Positions 1-8,303 of a stretch of DNA of 43,318 nt are shown in pieces (positions within the stretch are counted from its first letter, which is position 1; each line of letters begins with the position of its first letter). The stretch spans positions 1-43,318 of the forward strand of contig JBGSTX010000005.1 in the NCBI GenBank assembly GCA_041736305.1, written 5' to 3'. Both the position numbers and the translations under genes were made by a program. This DNA is from Oligoflexus sp. (GTDB lineage: Bacteria > Bdellovibrionota_B > Oligoflexia > Oligoflexales > Oligoflexaceae). A model generated the notes under the pieces. That model did no database searches. It saw only the letters and a program-made list of their open reading frames with translations, and had not been told where the DNA came from.

Positions 1-190
1 CTTCCTTCAAAGAAGTGAAAGCCATCTTGCTTGCTAGATCAACTGCCAACGGAGGAGTTAGCGCTCCCTTGGAGCGCAACCGCCCCTCCCGGACTCCAGT
101 TGCACGCCGGAAACGGACATCAGCGGAGAGCGAAGTACCAAATTCTATGTAGATCTAGGTTCGCATAGGTTTTTTGGATCGGTCTGCTCA

Positions 191-292
191 TCATGTAGCC
201 AGGCCCCAGTTGAAGCGAGTGAACCTGTGAGCAGTAAGCAGTAAAGCGCCCTGAACAATGCCGCGACGATCAAGTGATGTCTTCATGCGCAA
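191..292 (-). pseudogene. Possible frameshifted gene with a twin-arginine-like signal peptide, directly downstream of the lipoxygenase
   Basis: AAGGA-like SD overlapping the LOX stop, then TTG(292)/ATG(286) start reading MRMKTSLDRRGIVQGALLL. A 7-bp tandem duplication (GCAGTAA x2, 231-244) breaks the frame. Removing one copy gives ...GALLLTGSLASTGAW, but a further stop follows. Confidence 0.3.
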
Positions 293-303
293 GGTACTCT
301 TCC

Positions 304-2175
304 TTAAATGTTAACGCTGGCCGGTATCCGGGAGGGCAGCAGGTGGACGTAATCAAGATCGTAGATTGACCGCCTGCGTTTGTTTTCTGCATTGATCTTC
401 TGCTCGATGCCCTGCAACTTGGCCCAGAATTTAATGCGGGCGGCCTCCGAAACCGGATTGAGCGTGAAAGCGCCGCGATAATCACCGAGACGGGTGTTAT
501 TCACGCCTGCCAGGAGATTGAGGATAGCCCAGGTATGCACCGCAACATCGAGAGGCGGCAGCATGTTGAGGTAGTCCTGTTCGCTATGCCCTGTTCCTCG
601 CGGAGCCGGCGCATAAGCACCCATAGGATTGGCTGGCACAAAGGTCATGTCGGTCATCTGGCTGAAGTTCACAGCTGCATGCTGGGGACCAGCCGTGAAA
701 ATTATCATGGTCAGCATGTCGATGAGATCATCACGGCCCTGCACACCACCACCGCTGAGGCAGAAATCGTTGACCTCGCCCACGTTCTGGATTTCATTGG
801 CCCAGCCCTGCAGCTCAAAGTCGGCACGGATATCGGCGTCTGACTGATACCAGATGCTCACATAGTCGCTGATCCACGAATGCACGGCATCCCAGATGAG
901 CAGAGCGTCCTCCCTATACGGGAAGTTGGGGAGTTTGGTCCTGTCAGCGATGCCTTGCCGCTCAAAAACCTTGGGTGGTGCGTTATCGCGGAAGGAATAA
1001 GCCAGCCGCTCTTTGCGAAGAAAGGTATAGTTCAACTCAATCTTTGAGCCAATCAAGCGATCGATCGAGCGCTCAGGCAGAAAGAGAAAGGCGCGGGCCC
1101 CGACATTGATACTCACGGTCCCTTCGAAGTGCGGCGACAAGAGCCGATAAATCGGGTGCTTATTGTGCAGGCGAATGCGGGTTGCCATGACGATAGGATC
1201 GACCAAAAGATGGGTGAGCCCCAGGTGGGTAATCACTTCATGGTGATTATTATGGGAGGCCAGCACGCAGGCTTTGGCCATTTTCCAGCTGTAGCCGTCC
1301 TTGGGCGTATAAATCTGGTGGCCTTCGGCACTCGGACCGCATTGAATGGCGACGGGCAAGAGGTGCTTGCCGCCGGGCGGCACGGCGAAGGCCGCGTAGG
1401 GCGCAAAGATAAACTTCCAATCGTCCGAGGTGATTCCTTCAAACGATCTGGTGGTGGCGTTGGGCGCCGGAGCACCCGGTGAATTGGCAAAGAGCTGGCG
1501 GAGCTTGCTATGATCAACAAAGTAGAGTCGGCCCTCGCCCATGGCCTTTTCAATGGAGTCGCCTGAAAAATTAGGCTGTGAACCTAAGGCCACTTTGCTG
1601 AGGTCAAAGTCTTGGGGACGCGATGCCTGAGTATAGCGGACCAGCTGATTCGGGTTAGGCCCGCCTACGAACATATAGGCAAAGGTGCGATCGCTGTCCC
1701 ACTTCGAGGCAATTTCCGGCACTGGCGCCGGGCCTTGGTTCTGGGCGTCGCGGGCCATGAAGATTTTTTCGACGTAATCATTGATTGATTTGGGGCGCCT
1801 TGCCTGCTTATCGCCCATGATAAAGCCAAGGTCCGGGGTAAAGTAAGAGACTAAATTACCACCGGGTTTCAAAGCTTCCATGAACACATTAATATCGCGG
1901 ACCGGCTTGGGTTTCTGAAACTGCAAACCAGACTTATCAGAAATTGCCTGCAGGTTCGTGCGGAGAGTGAGCAGCTTGGTGATGATTTTTAGCTGGTAAT
2001 CGGGCTTGTTCTTATCGTCAGGGCCTTCCGCTTCGATAAGCGGAATTTTCATGTCGTAATTGTACTTATAGGGCTTAGCCTGTTCGGCCAATTCCGATTT
2101 CCGTTTTTGTACATCATCGTTCTGTGGCAGAGCGAATTTAGCCAAAGGGCCCTCCTTTGCCGACTCTTGAGGCAT
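304..2175 (-). CDS. Lipoxygenase (non-heme iron, PUFA dioxygenase)
   Basis: LOX motifs WKMAK, HHEVITHLGLTH (two Fe His), HPIYRLLSPH, QHAAVNFSQ (His/Asn ligands) and C-terminal IPASVNI ending in the Ile ligand. N-terminal LPQND..R..L motif typical of bacterial LOX. Confidence 0.96.
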   Translation of the reverse strand: MPQESAKEGPLAKFALPQNDDVQKRKSELAEQAKPYKYNYDMKIPLIEAEGPDDKNKPDYQLKIITKLLTLRTNLQAISDKSGLQFQKPKPVRDINVFMEALKPGGNLVSYFTPDLGFIMGDKQARRPKSINDYVEKIFMARDAQNQGPAPVPEIASKWDSDRTFAYMFVGGPNPNQLVRYTQASRPQDFDLSKVALGSQPNFSGDSIEKAMGEGRLYFVDHSKLRQLFANSPGAPAPNATTRSFEGITSDDWKFIFAPYAAFAVPPGGKHLLPVAIQCGPSAEGHQIYTPKDGYSWKMAKACVLASHNNHHEVITHLGLTHLLVDPIVMATRIRLHNKHPIYRLLSPHFEGTVSINVGARAFLFLPERSIDRLIGSKIELNYTFLRKERLAYSFRDNAPPKVFERQGIADRTKLPNFPYREDALLIWDAVHSWISDYVSIWYQSDADIRADFELQGWANEIQNVGEVNDFCLSGGGVQGRDDLIDMLTMIIFTAGPQHAAVNFSQMTDMTFVPANPMGAYAPAPRGTGHSEQDYLNMLPPLDVAVHTWAILNLLAGVNNTRLGDYRGAFTLNPVSEAARIKFWAKLQGIEQKINAENKRRRSIYDLDYVHLLPSRIPASVNI

Positions 2176-2289
2176 TTTAAAAAAATTATTCTCGCTATTA
2201 TCGTATTAACCGAGGCCAAAACTCAAGGCGGGCTTTTTTTTATAAGATCTGTGATATTATGGGTAACCGATTGATAAAAGGAGATTCTT

Positions 2290-2739
2290 ATGGGCTTGAC
2301 AAGCCGGGCTCTTTTCATAGGCTTTTCCCTCTGGCTCTGCTCGTGTCGGACGACGGGCGCTCAAAATGGTCAAAGCAACCTGAATGCTTGGGCTAACGAT
2401 GCTGACAAGGAAATGGCTCGCCAGAGCTTTACTCAAGCCATCTACCAGTGTGTCCCCGTGGTCTCAGCAGCGGTAACCGGAGCTAAAACGGTCAAGCTGG
2501 CAAAAGATAGCGAAACCTCAGCGGTGGTCGATAAGTTTGTCGCGGACATGATCGAAGATCCCGATCCGAAGGTGGAGCACACGGCCGCCTTGCTGCGGTT
2601 TTACTACAATGACAAAAACCGCCAGTTACCGCCCTGCGGCGGTGAAGCGACAGAATATGTTCTCACGGCCTTTGCCAGCAAGACCAATGTGATTGCGATC
2701 GCTTTTGGGGAAGAGTCCAAACTCCGCATCGTTCAATAA
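2290..2739 (+). CDS. Hypothetical lipoprotein
   Basis: 149 aa, AGGAG SD, hydrophobic N-terminus ending in LCSC lipobox-like motif. Confidence 0.7.
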   Translation: MGLTSRALFIGFSLWLCSCRTTGAQNGQSNLNAWANDADKEMARQSFTQAIYQCVPVVSAAVTGAKTVKLAKDSETSAVVDKFVADMIEDPDPKVEHTAALLRFYYNDKNRQLPPCGGEATEYVLTAFASKTNVIAIAFGEESKLRIVQ

Positions 2740-3165
2740 GTTTCAGGCTTTCCATGAGCTGAAGAGGCTTGAGCAGGATGAGAGGACAGACTGCAAATGA
2801 TGGAAGTGGACTGGGGAACCAGCAGCCACCATTTGCCTAGAGACGATGAGACAGTAAAACTGAGAATTTCTCTAGGTGCTTAGCTTCAATGTTGGCATCT
2901 TGACCTCCTTTCGCGGCCAGGCTCAGCTCCTGGAGCTGACGCCAGCCATCATTATCTGCCGCCTCTGGGCGAGGACCGTCGGCAAAAGTCTGCCAGGGTC
3001 TCTGTAGTTCTTCGGGCAAAGGCTAAGTTTGCTTGGTCCTTGTCAGAATCGCAGTTCTTACCTGAGAAATCAATTATTCCAGCCAATTGACATCAAAGGG
3101 CAAATTCAAGCCTGCTCAAAAAGTAGAGATCTTCCGCCGATAAAGAAAGATCTTAAGCCTTTTTA

Positions 3166-4092
3166 GTGGAGCTGCTTATGTTGTACTTGATGCGAACAAG
3201 AGCCTATTCTCTCGTGCTACTAGCTGTATTCTTACCATCCTGCTCGTCTGGAGGCCTCTTCAGTGGAGGTCAAAGCCAAGCCACCAAAAGCAAGCAGCTG
3301 ATAGGGGCTCTGCAAGCAACGGATGAGATTGATATTGAATCTTACCTAAGTTCCGAGGAAAACCTCAGTGACGCTTTCGGGGAAATAGAGGACAAAACCC
3401 TGATAGACCTATTGGACTCGATGCTCGAACTTTACAAAAAGATCGGTATTAAAGACGAGGAACACATCGTCAAGGATAGGCCGGTCAGCGACCTATATTC
3501 AAATACAGAACAACTCCGCGACCTCATCGAAGAAGATCCGAACGTTTCTGTTCTCACTCTTCTAGAGATACTAGAGCTCAGCAACGGCGGTCTCGATTCG
3601 ATTCTCGACTATGGTTACGAGGGGTTTAGTGATGAGCTGGGGGATCGTGCTGATACCTATGCAGATGGTGGAGATGCCGAAGAGATGTTCTCAGCCAGCG
3701 TGAAATCTGTGGGCGACGGTGAGGAAACGACCATTGACTCAAGTTCTCCCAGCAAAACTAAGACAGACGACAAAACAGCAGGCAGCAAGCCCGAAAAACC
3801 CGCTGCTTCCGACGGAGCTGGGACGGAGAGCTCGACAGCGATTTGCAAAGCAAACCGCACCGGACGCGGCAAGCTCAGCATAGCACCGTCGACAAGCTTT
3901 ACTTTGGCCATCGCTGTTAAGAATTTCTGCGAGGAGCAGGTTGAACGCAAAGGCTTGAAGCCCTCGAAAAACGCCCGCTGTTTAAATGGAACAGTAGGTG
4001 CGGGAGTAGGCACGATCGCCGGCGCAAGCGCCGTCCTCGCGCGCTTTGCCATAGATAGCGCGAACGCCTGCAGTGGCGCACAAGACGAGTGA
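3166..4092 (+). CDS. Hypothetical acidic lipoprotein (true start probably a downstream ATG)
   Basis: 308 aa ORF, signal ending LPSC, very acidic core, low-complexity S/T/K linker, C-terminal Cys-containing region with a Gly/Ala-rich hydrophobic segment. Confidence 0.7.
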   Translation: MELLMLYLMRTRAYSLVLLAVFLPSCSSGGLFSGGQSQATKSKQLIGALQATDEIDIESYLSSEENLSDAFGEIEDKTLIDLLDSMLELYKKIGIKDEEHIVKDRPVSDLYSNTEQLRDLIEEDPNVSVLTLLEILELSNGGLDSILDYGYEGFSDELGDRADTYADGGDAEEMFSASVKSVGDGEETTIDSSSPSKTKTDDKTAGSKPEKPAASDGAGTESSTAICKANRTGRGKLSIAPSTSFTLAIAVKNFCEEQVERKGLKPSKNARCLNGTVGAGVGTIAGASAVLARFAIDSANACSGAQDE

Positions 4093-4151
4093 TGAGCTCA
4101 GAGCTTTGGCTTGCAGCTCGCAAGCTATTCTCGAAGCACAGATGCCGATTG

Positions 4152-4214
4152 ATCGAGTAGGAGGGGCTTTCTCCCCGTCCTCTCACACCACCGTACGTAC
4201 GGATCCGTATACGG
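4152..4214 (-). mobile_element. Group IIC intron 3'-end remnant (domain V, domain VI, terminal AT)
   Basis: Minus strand reads CCGTA TACG GATC CGTA CG TACGG TGG TGT GAGAGGACGGGG AGAAAG CCCCTCCT A CTC GAT: a D5 hairpin with CG bulge, a D6 hairpin with bulged A and an AY end. The CGC triad is replaced by GAC and no RT ORF is nearby. Confidence 0.85.
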
Positions 4215-4481
4215 TCTGACGCCGAGCTTTAGCCCCGATTTCCCGGCCCTCGAACGATTGATAAAGTCAATGGCGGGGCCGGCACTCTTAGCTGGCATTA
4301 TCCCAGCGCAGCAGTTAGAAAAAGGGGGGAAAGAGGATTAAAGGACCCATTTTAAACTTGAGGCACTCTAAAAGCTAATCTCTCAAAAGGGTTTCCTTAA
4401 GCACAAATTACTAAATTTTCTCGGCAAACTGCCGACACGCTCACTCGGAGCTACGACCGAATCCTTAAGGGAGAATGCCTC

Positions 4482-5489
4482 GTGGAAACAGATATACAGG
4501 AGATCGGTTTAAAGCAAATTCGGATCTCCAAAGAGGAACTCAGGAATTTTTCTAGCCGCAAACCTTTTTTCGCTCTCCTGCACATCGCTATGGAATGGTC
4601 TTTGATCGTCCTAGCCGCGTATCTCACCAATCTTTATTTTAACGTATTCTTTTATATCCTCTGCGTTGTTTGGATTGGAGCGCGACAGCATGCTTTGGGC
4701 GTCATTATGCACGATGCTGCGCATGGCAATCTCTTCGCTTCGCGCAAGTTGAATTACGTGATCTCCGATCTATTCCTAGCCTGGCCACTCCTCGTGGCCA
4801 CGCAGACCTACTGGCAAGGACATTCCGTTCATCACAGGCATACAAAAAACGATAAGGATCCGGACTGGGTCGCTCAGAAGGATATCCCTATCTACCAGCT
4901 GCCTCGAACCCGCTGGCAGTTCTTTACGCACTTTATGAAAGATATGACCGGCATTGGCCTCTTTCAGCTCATACAGTTGTTTATTTATCTAGGGTCGCGC
5001 CCCAAGGATCCATCGATCATCGTCGACAAGAAACAGCTCTACACCTACCGAGCGCTGCGCATTTCCTACTACCTCATTATATTTAGCGTAGTCCACTATC
5101 TCTCAGCCTGGAAAATTCTGCTGATGTTTTGGTTCGTGCCCATGATCACCTGGTTTAAATGGGTGGTCTACCTTCGCTCGTTAGGCGAGCATCATGGTTT
5201 TGACGGCACGGGACCCCTAGGTCATACCCGGACCACAATTGTGTCTGTATTCGGTAAATTCTTTATTACACCGAAAAATATCAACTTCCACATGGAACAC
5301 CATATCTATCCCACAGTGCCTTTTTTCCGTCTACCGGAGGTGCATAAGCTCCTGATGGAAAATCCTGAGTACCGCAGCAAAGTGAAGGTCAATCAGGGTT
5401 TTTGGAGCGTTCTGAACGATGCAGTTCATTATCAGCCTCAGGTTTTAGCAGGAAGCGCACATGAGGTTCCGCGTGGATCGGATCGATAA
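4482..5489 (+). CDS. Membrane fatty acid desaturase-family protein (RtxC/rhizobitoxine-FADS-like subgroup suspected)
   Basis: His boxes HDAAH, HSVHHRH, EH and HMEHH, several TM segments, QHALGVIMHDAAH signature. Overlaps the oleC start by 29 nt. Confidence 0.9.
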   Translation: METDIQEIGLKQIRISKEELRNFSSRKPFFALLHIAMEWSLIVLAAYLTNLYFNVFFYILCVVWIGARQHALGVIMHDAAHGNLFASRKLNYVISDLFLAWPLLVATQTYWQGHSVHHRHTKNDKDPDWVAQKDIPIYQLPRTRWQFFTHFMKDMTGIGLFQLIQLFIYLGSRPKDPSIIVDKKQLYTYRALRISYYLIIFSVVHYLSAWKILLMFWFVPMITWFKWVVYLRSLGEHHGFDGTGPLGHTRTTIVSVFGKFFITPKNINFHMEHHIYPTVPFFRLPEVHKLLMENPEYRSKVKVNQGFWSVLNDAVHYQPQVLAGSAHEVPRGSDR

Positions 5490-7128
5490 TTTTGCTCTTT
5501 ATCTGAAAATGATGGCCGCTGGGTGTCCGCATCAGCAGGTCGTTATCTTTCCTGCTGCCCGGCAGAAGAACGGGCGGATCGCCTATACCCATCTCACTTA
5601 CCAACAGCTTGATGAACTGAGCGATCACGTAGCACAGCGGCTTTTGGAATGCGGGTTTTTTCCTGGAATGCGGACCGCTTTTATGGTGAAGCCATCGCTG
5701 GAGTTTTTTGTTCTGAGTTTCGCTCTCCTTAAAGCTGGCATCGTTCCAGTGCTAGTAGATCCGGGCATCGGCCTGAAGAATGTGCGCACTTGCCTCGCCA
5801 TGGCCGATGCTGAGGCTTTTATCGGCATACCTGCGGCCCATATCGCCAGGCATCTCTTTCGCTGGAAGGGAGCTGGTTGGAAGGCACTGCTCAACATAGG
5901 CTACAGGCATTTTCCAGGGACAATCTCATATAAAAGCCTGCTGGCACCCGTTGAGAATAAGCAGCCTCTGATGAACACCGTGCAGGAAGATACGGCGGCA
6001 ATTCTTTTTACTTCAGGCAGTACCGGCTCACCCAAACCGGTGGTGGCGACCCACGCAAATTTCGTGAGCCAGCTGCAAATCATGCGCGAAAACCTCGCCA
6101 TACAGCCTGGAGAATATGACCTCTGTACCTATGCGCCCTTCGCTCTCTTTGCTCCTGCCCTCGGTTTGACGACAGTGATTCCAGACATGAACTTCAGTAA
6201 GCCCGCCGAGGTTGACCCCTGGAAAATCAAAGAGGCGATCGATGATTTTGGCATCAGAAACATGTTCGGTTCACCGGCTCTCATGAAGACCGTGAGTCGC
6301 TGTGCAGAGGCCAATAATTGGCAATTCCCCTCCCTTAAAAGACTTATTTCGGCAGGTGGGCCCGTTCATTCCGATATTATAGTGAGCTTTCTGAAGTCAT
6401 TGTCTCCGGAGGCTGAATTCTTTACAGCCTATGGAGCCACCGAAGCTATGCCTGTGGCAATGGCAGAAAGTCGCCAGTTGCTGGGAGAAGAGCGCCTTCG
6501 TCACGCCAGCGGACATGGTCTCTGCGTCGGTCGCTTGGCAGCGGGGCTTGTAAAAATCTTGCGCGTTAGCGAGCTCCCGCTCAGTTCTTTGCGCAACGAG
6601 GATATCCTGGGCCCCTATGAAATTGGGGAAATATTAGTCAGCGGACCGCACGTGACCTGGGGCTATTATAAAATGGACGCCGCCAACGAGCTCTCAAAGG
6701 TTCGCGATGAAAACGGCACAATCTATCATCGGATGGGCGATGTCGGCTATCTGGATGCAGAAGGGAAGCTCTGGTTCTGCGGTCGTAAATCTCATCGGGT
6801 GCAGCGGAGCGAGGGCGATCTTTATTCCATTCCTGTGGAAGCAGTCTTCGACACCCACCCTCTAGTTGCGCGTACCGCATTGGTGGGATTGGGCCAGGGT
6901 CCCGATCAAATTCCCTGTCTTTGTATCGAAAGCAAACGGGACTTGAGCGCTGAAGAAAAGACCAGCCTCGTAAAGGAGCTGAAGCTCATCGCCAGTCGAT
7001 ACAAGCAGACGCAAAGTCTCGACAAGTTCCTCTTTCATCCGGCCTTTCCGGTCGATATTCGTCACAACGCGAAGATTCATCGTGAGTCTCTGAAGCTCTG
7101 GGCCGAAGGCCTTCTAGCGGATCGCTGA
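5461..7128 (+). CDS. oleC: OleC-family beta-lactone synthetase (AMP-dependent ligase)
   Basis: FTSGSTGSPK P-loop, YGATEAMPV, HRMGDVGY, WFCGRKSHRV, VDPGIG and the OleC-typical C-terminal FPVDIRHNAKI. No fused N-terminal alpha/beta-hydrolase (555 aa). Confidence 0.9.
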   Translation: MRFRVDRIDNFALYLKMMAAGCPHQQVVIFPAARQKNGRIAYTHLTYQQLDELSDHVAQRLLECGFFPGMRTAFMVKPSLEFFVLSFALLKAGIVPVLVDPGIGLKNVRTCLAMADAEAFIGIPAAHIARHLFRWKGAGWKALLNIGYRHFPGTISYKSLLAPVENKQPLMNTVQEDTAAILFTSGSTGSPKPVVATHANFVSQLQIMRENLAIQPGEYDLCTYAPFALFAPALGLTTVIPDMNFSKPAEVDPWKIKEAIDDFGIRNMFGSPALMKTVSRCAEANNWQFPSLKRLISAGGPVHSDIIVSFLKSLSPEAEFFTAYGATEAMPVAMAESRQLLGEERLRHASGHGLCVGRLAAGLVKILRVSELPLSSLRNEDILGPYEIGEILVSGPHVTWGYYKMDAANELSKVRDENGTIYHRMGDVGYLDAEGKLWFCGRKSHRVQRSEGDLYSIPVEAVFDTHPLVARTALVGLGQGPDQIPCLCIESKRDLSAEEKTSLVKELKLIASRYKQTQSLDKFLFHPAFPVDIRHNAKIHRESLKLWAEGLLADR

Positions 7129-7129
7129 G

Positions 7130-8170
7130 CTACCAGTCTATTCCTAGCATCATGCAGTTCAGTCCAGAGCCAAAGCCCAGCATCGCGACTCTATCTCCCT
7201 TTTTTAGAAAACCATTTTCATGGGCCATGGCTGCCGTCAGAGGCAGCGAAACGCTGGCGATATTGCCGAGTTTTGGGTAGGTCATATAATCTTTGTGATC
7301 GGGAATATTTAGAGCATTCAGAAAGGTTTTGCGATGCATGATACCAACTTGATGGGAAATGATCTTGTCGACATCGTCTTGAGTCCAGTTCATCACTTTT
7401 AAGAAATTATGCCAAGTCTTGATGCCTAGTGCTACACCATGATTGAGCACGCCGACTGAGTCGGTGAGAAAAGATTGTTCAAAAAACGTTTGCTTCACGC
7501 GGTTGAATTCCCAGGTACAGAGCTGGTTCCGGGAGCTGTCGTTTCGCACCGAGCCGCCGAGCAGACGATGACCGCCTCCCAAGTTAGGATCTCGGCTGAG
7601 GATGATAGCGGCGGCTCCAGAGCCCCCCGTGAAGATCGCCAAATTCCATTTAAAAAACTCGATATCGTGATGCTTGAGGAACCTATGCAAAGCGTCCTCG
7701 TTGAGATCGCGAGACGATTCGCAGCAGACCACCATACCCATACGGGCATGACCGAGAGCGAGTCGGTTGGCTACCTCAAGGATTCCTGTCAAAGCCCCCA
7801 TGCAGGCGTTGCTGACATCGAAGAGGATAGCCTCCGGACCCACACCGAGTTCAGCAGCGACCCTACAGGCCGTGGCGGGTTCTTCGCCGTCGCGACAAAC
7901 CCCTGTGTAAAGCAGAACATCGATTTCGCTGGCATTTACATTGAGAGCGGCCAAGGCCTTTCTCCCAGCGGATATAGCTCCGTCACTGACTTTAAAGCCT
8001 TTGGGCCACCATCGTCTCTCCTGTATGCCCGTCATCGCTTCCAGTTGGCCGTTGGGAAAATGGAGCGCTCTAAATACCGGTTGCAGAGCCTCTTCGAGGG
8101 TATCTGTCGTTATCATCTCCTCGGGAAGCTCGTAACTAAAGGCATTTAGGTAGACATCGTTGTAAAGCAT
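7130..8170 (-). CDS. oleA: OleA-family thiolase (head-to-head Claisen condensation)
   Basis: GIQERRWW, VCRDGEEPATA (catalytic Glu), FDVSNACM (Cys), HQVG (His), GNIASVSLP (Asn), C-terminal GFGSGLNCMMLGIDW. Confidence 0.92.
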   Translation of the reverse strand: MLYNDVYLNAFSYELPEEMITTDTLEEALQPVFRALHFPNGQLEAMTGIQERRWWPKGFKVSDGAISAGRKALAALNVNASEIDVLLYTGVCRDGEEPATACRVAAELGVGPEAILFDVSNACMGALTGILEVANRLALGHARMGMVVCCESSRDLNEDALHRFLKHHDIEFFKWNLAIFTGGSGAAAIILSRDPNLGGGHRLLGGSVRNDSSRNQLCTWEFNRVKQTFFEQSFLTDSVGVLNHGVALGIKTWHNFLKVMNWTQDDVDKIISHQVGIMHRKTFLNALNIPDHKDYMTYPKLGNIASVSLPLTAAMAHENGFLKKGDRVAMLGFGSGLNCMMLGIDW

Positions 8171-8303
8171 CTTGTTTCATTCCTAGCCGGAAATTTCAAA
8201 AACTTATGGATTTGCACCCATCCTATCAAGTCCGCGGTCTCGAGCGATAGCTCATTGATAGCGTTTAGAGATTTTGCTATTTTGAAGCATCAAGAATGAA
8301 AGG

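Noticed and set aside
2227-2241. GGCGGGC followed by T8, like half a terminator
   Set aside because: No complementary 5' arm, and it lies in a divergent promoter region.
2760-3040. 60-aa minus-strand ORF 2837-3019 with coding-like flanks
   Set aside because: No SD or recognisable motif; may be a decayed gene but cannot be supported.
7475-8149. Long antisense ORFs (e.g. 7475-8149, 10683-11339, 15165-15614, 18902-19363)
   Set aside because: Shadow frames opposite well-supported genes, with no motifs.
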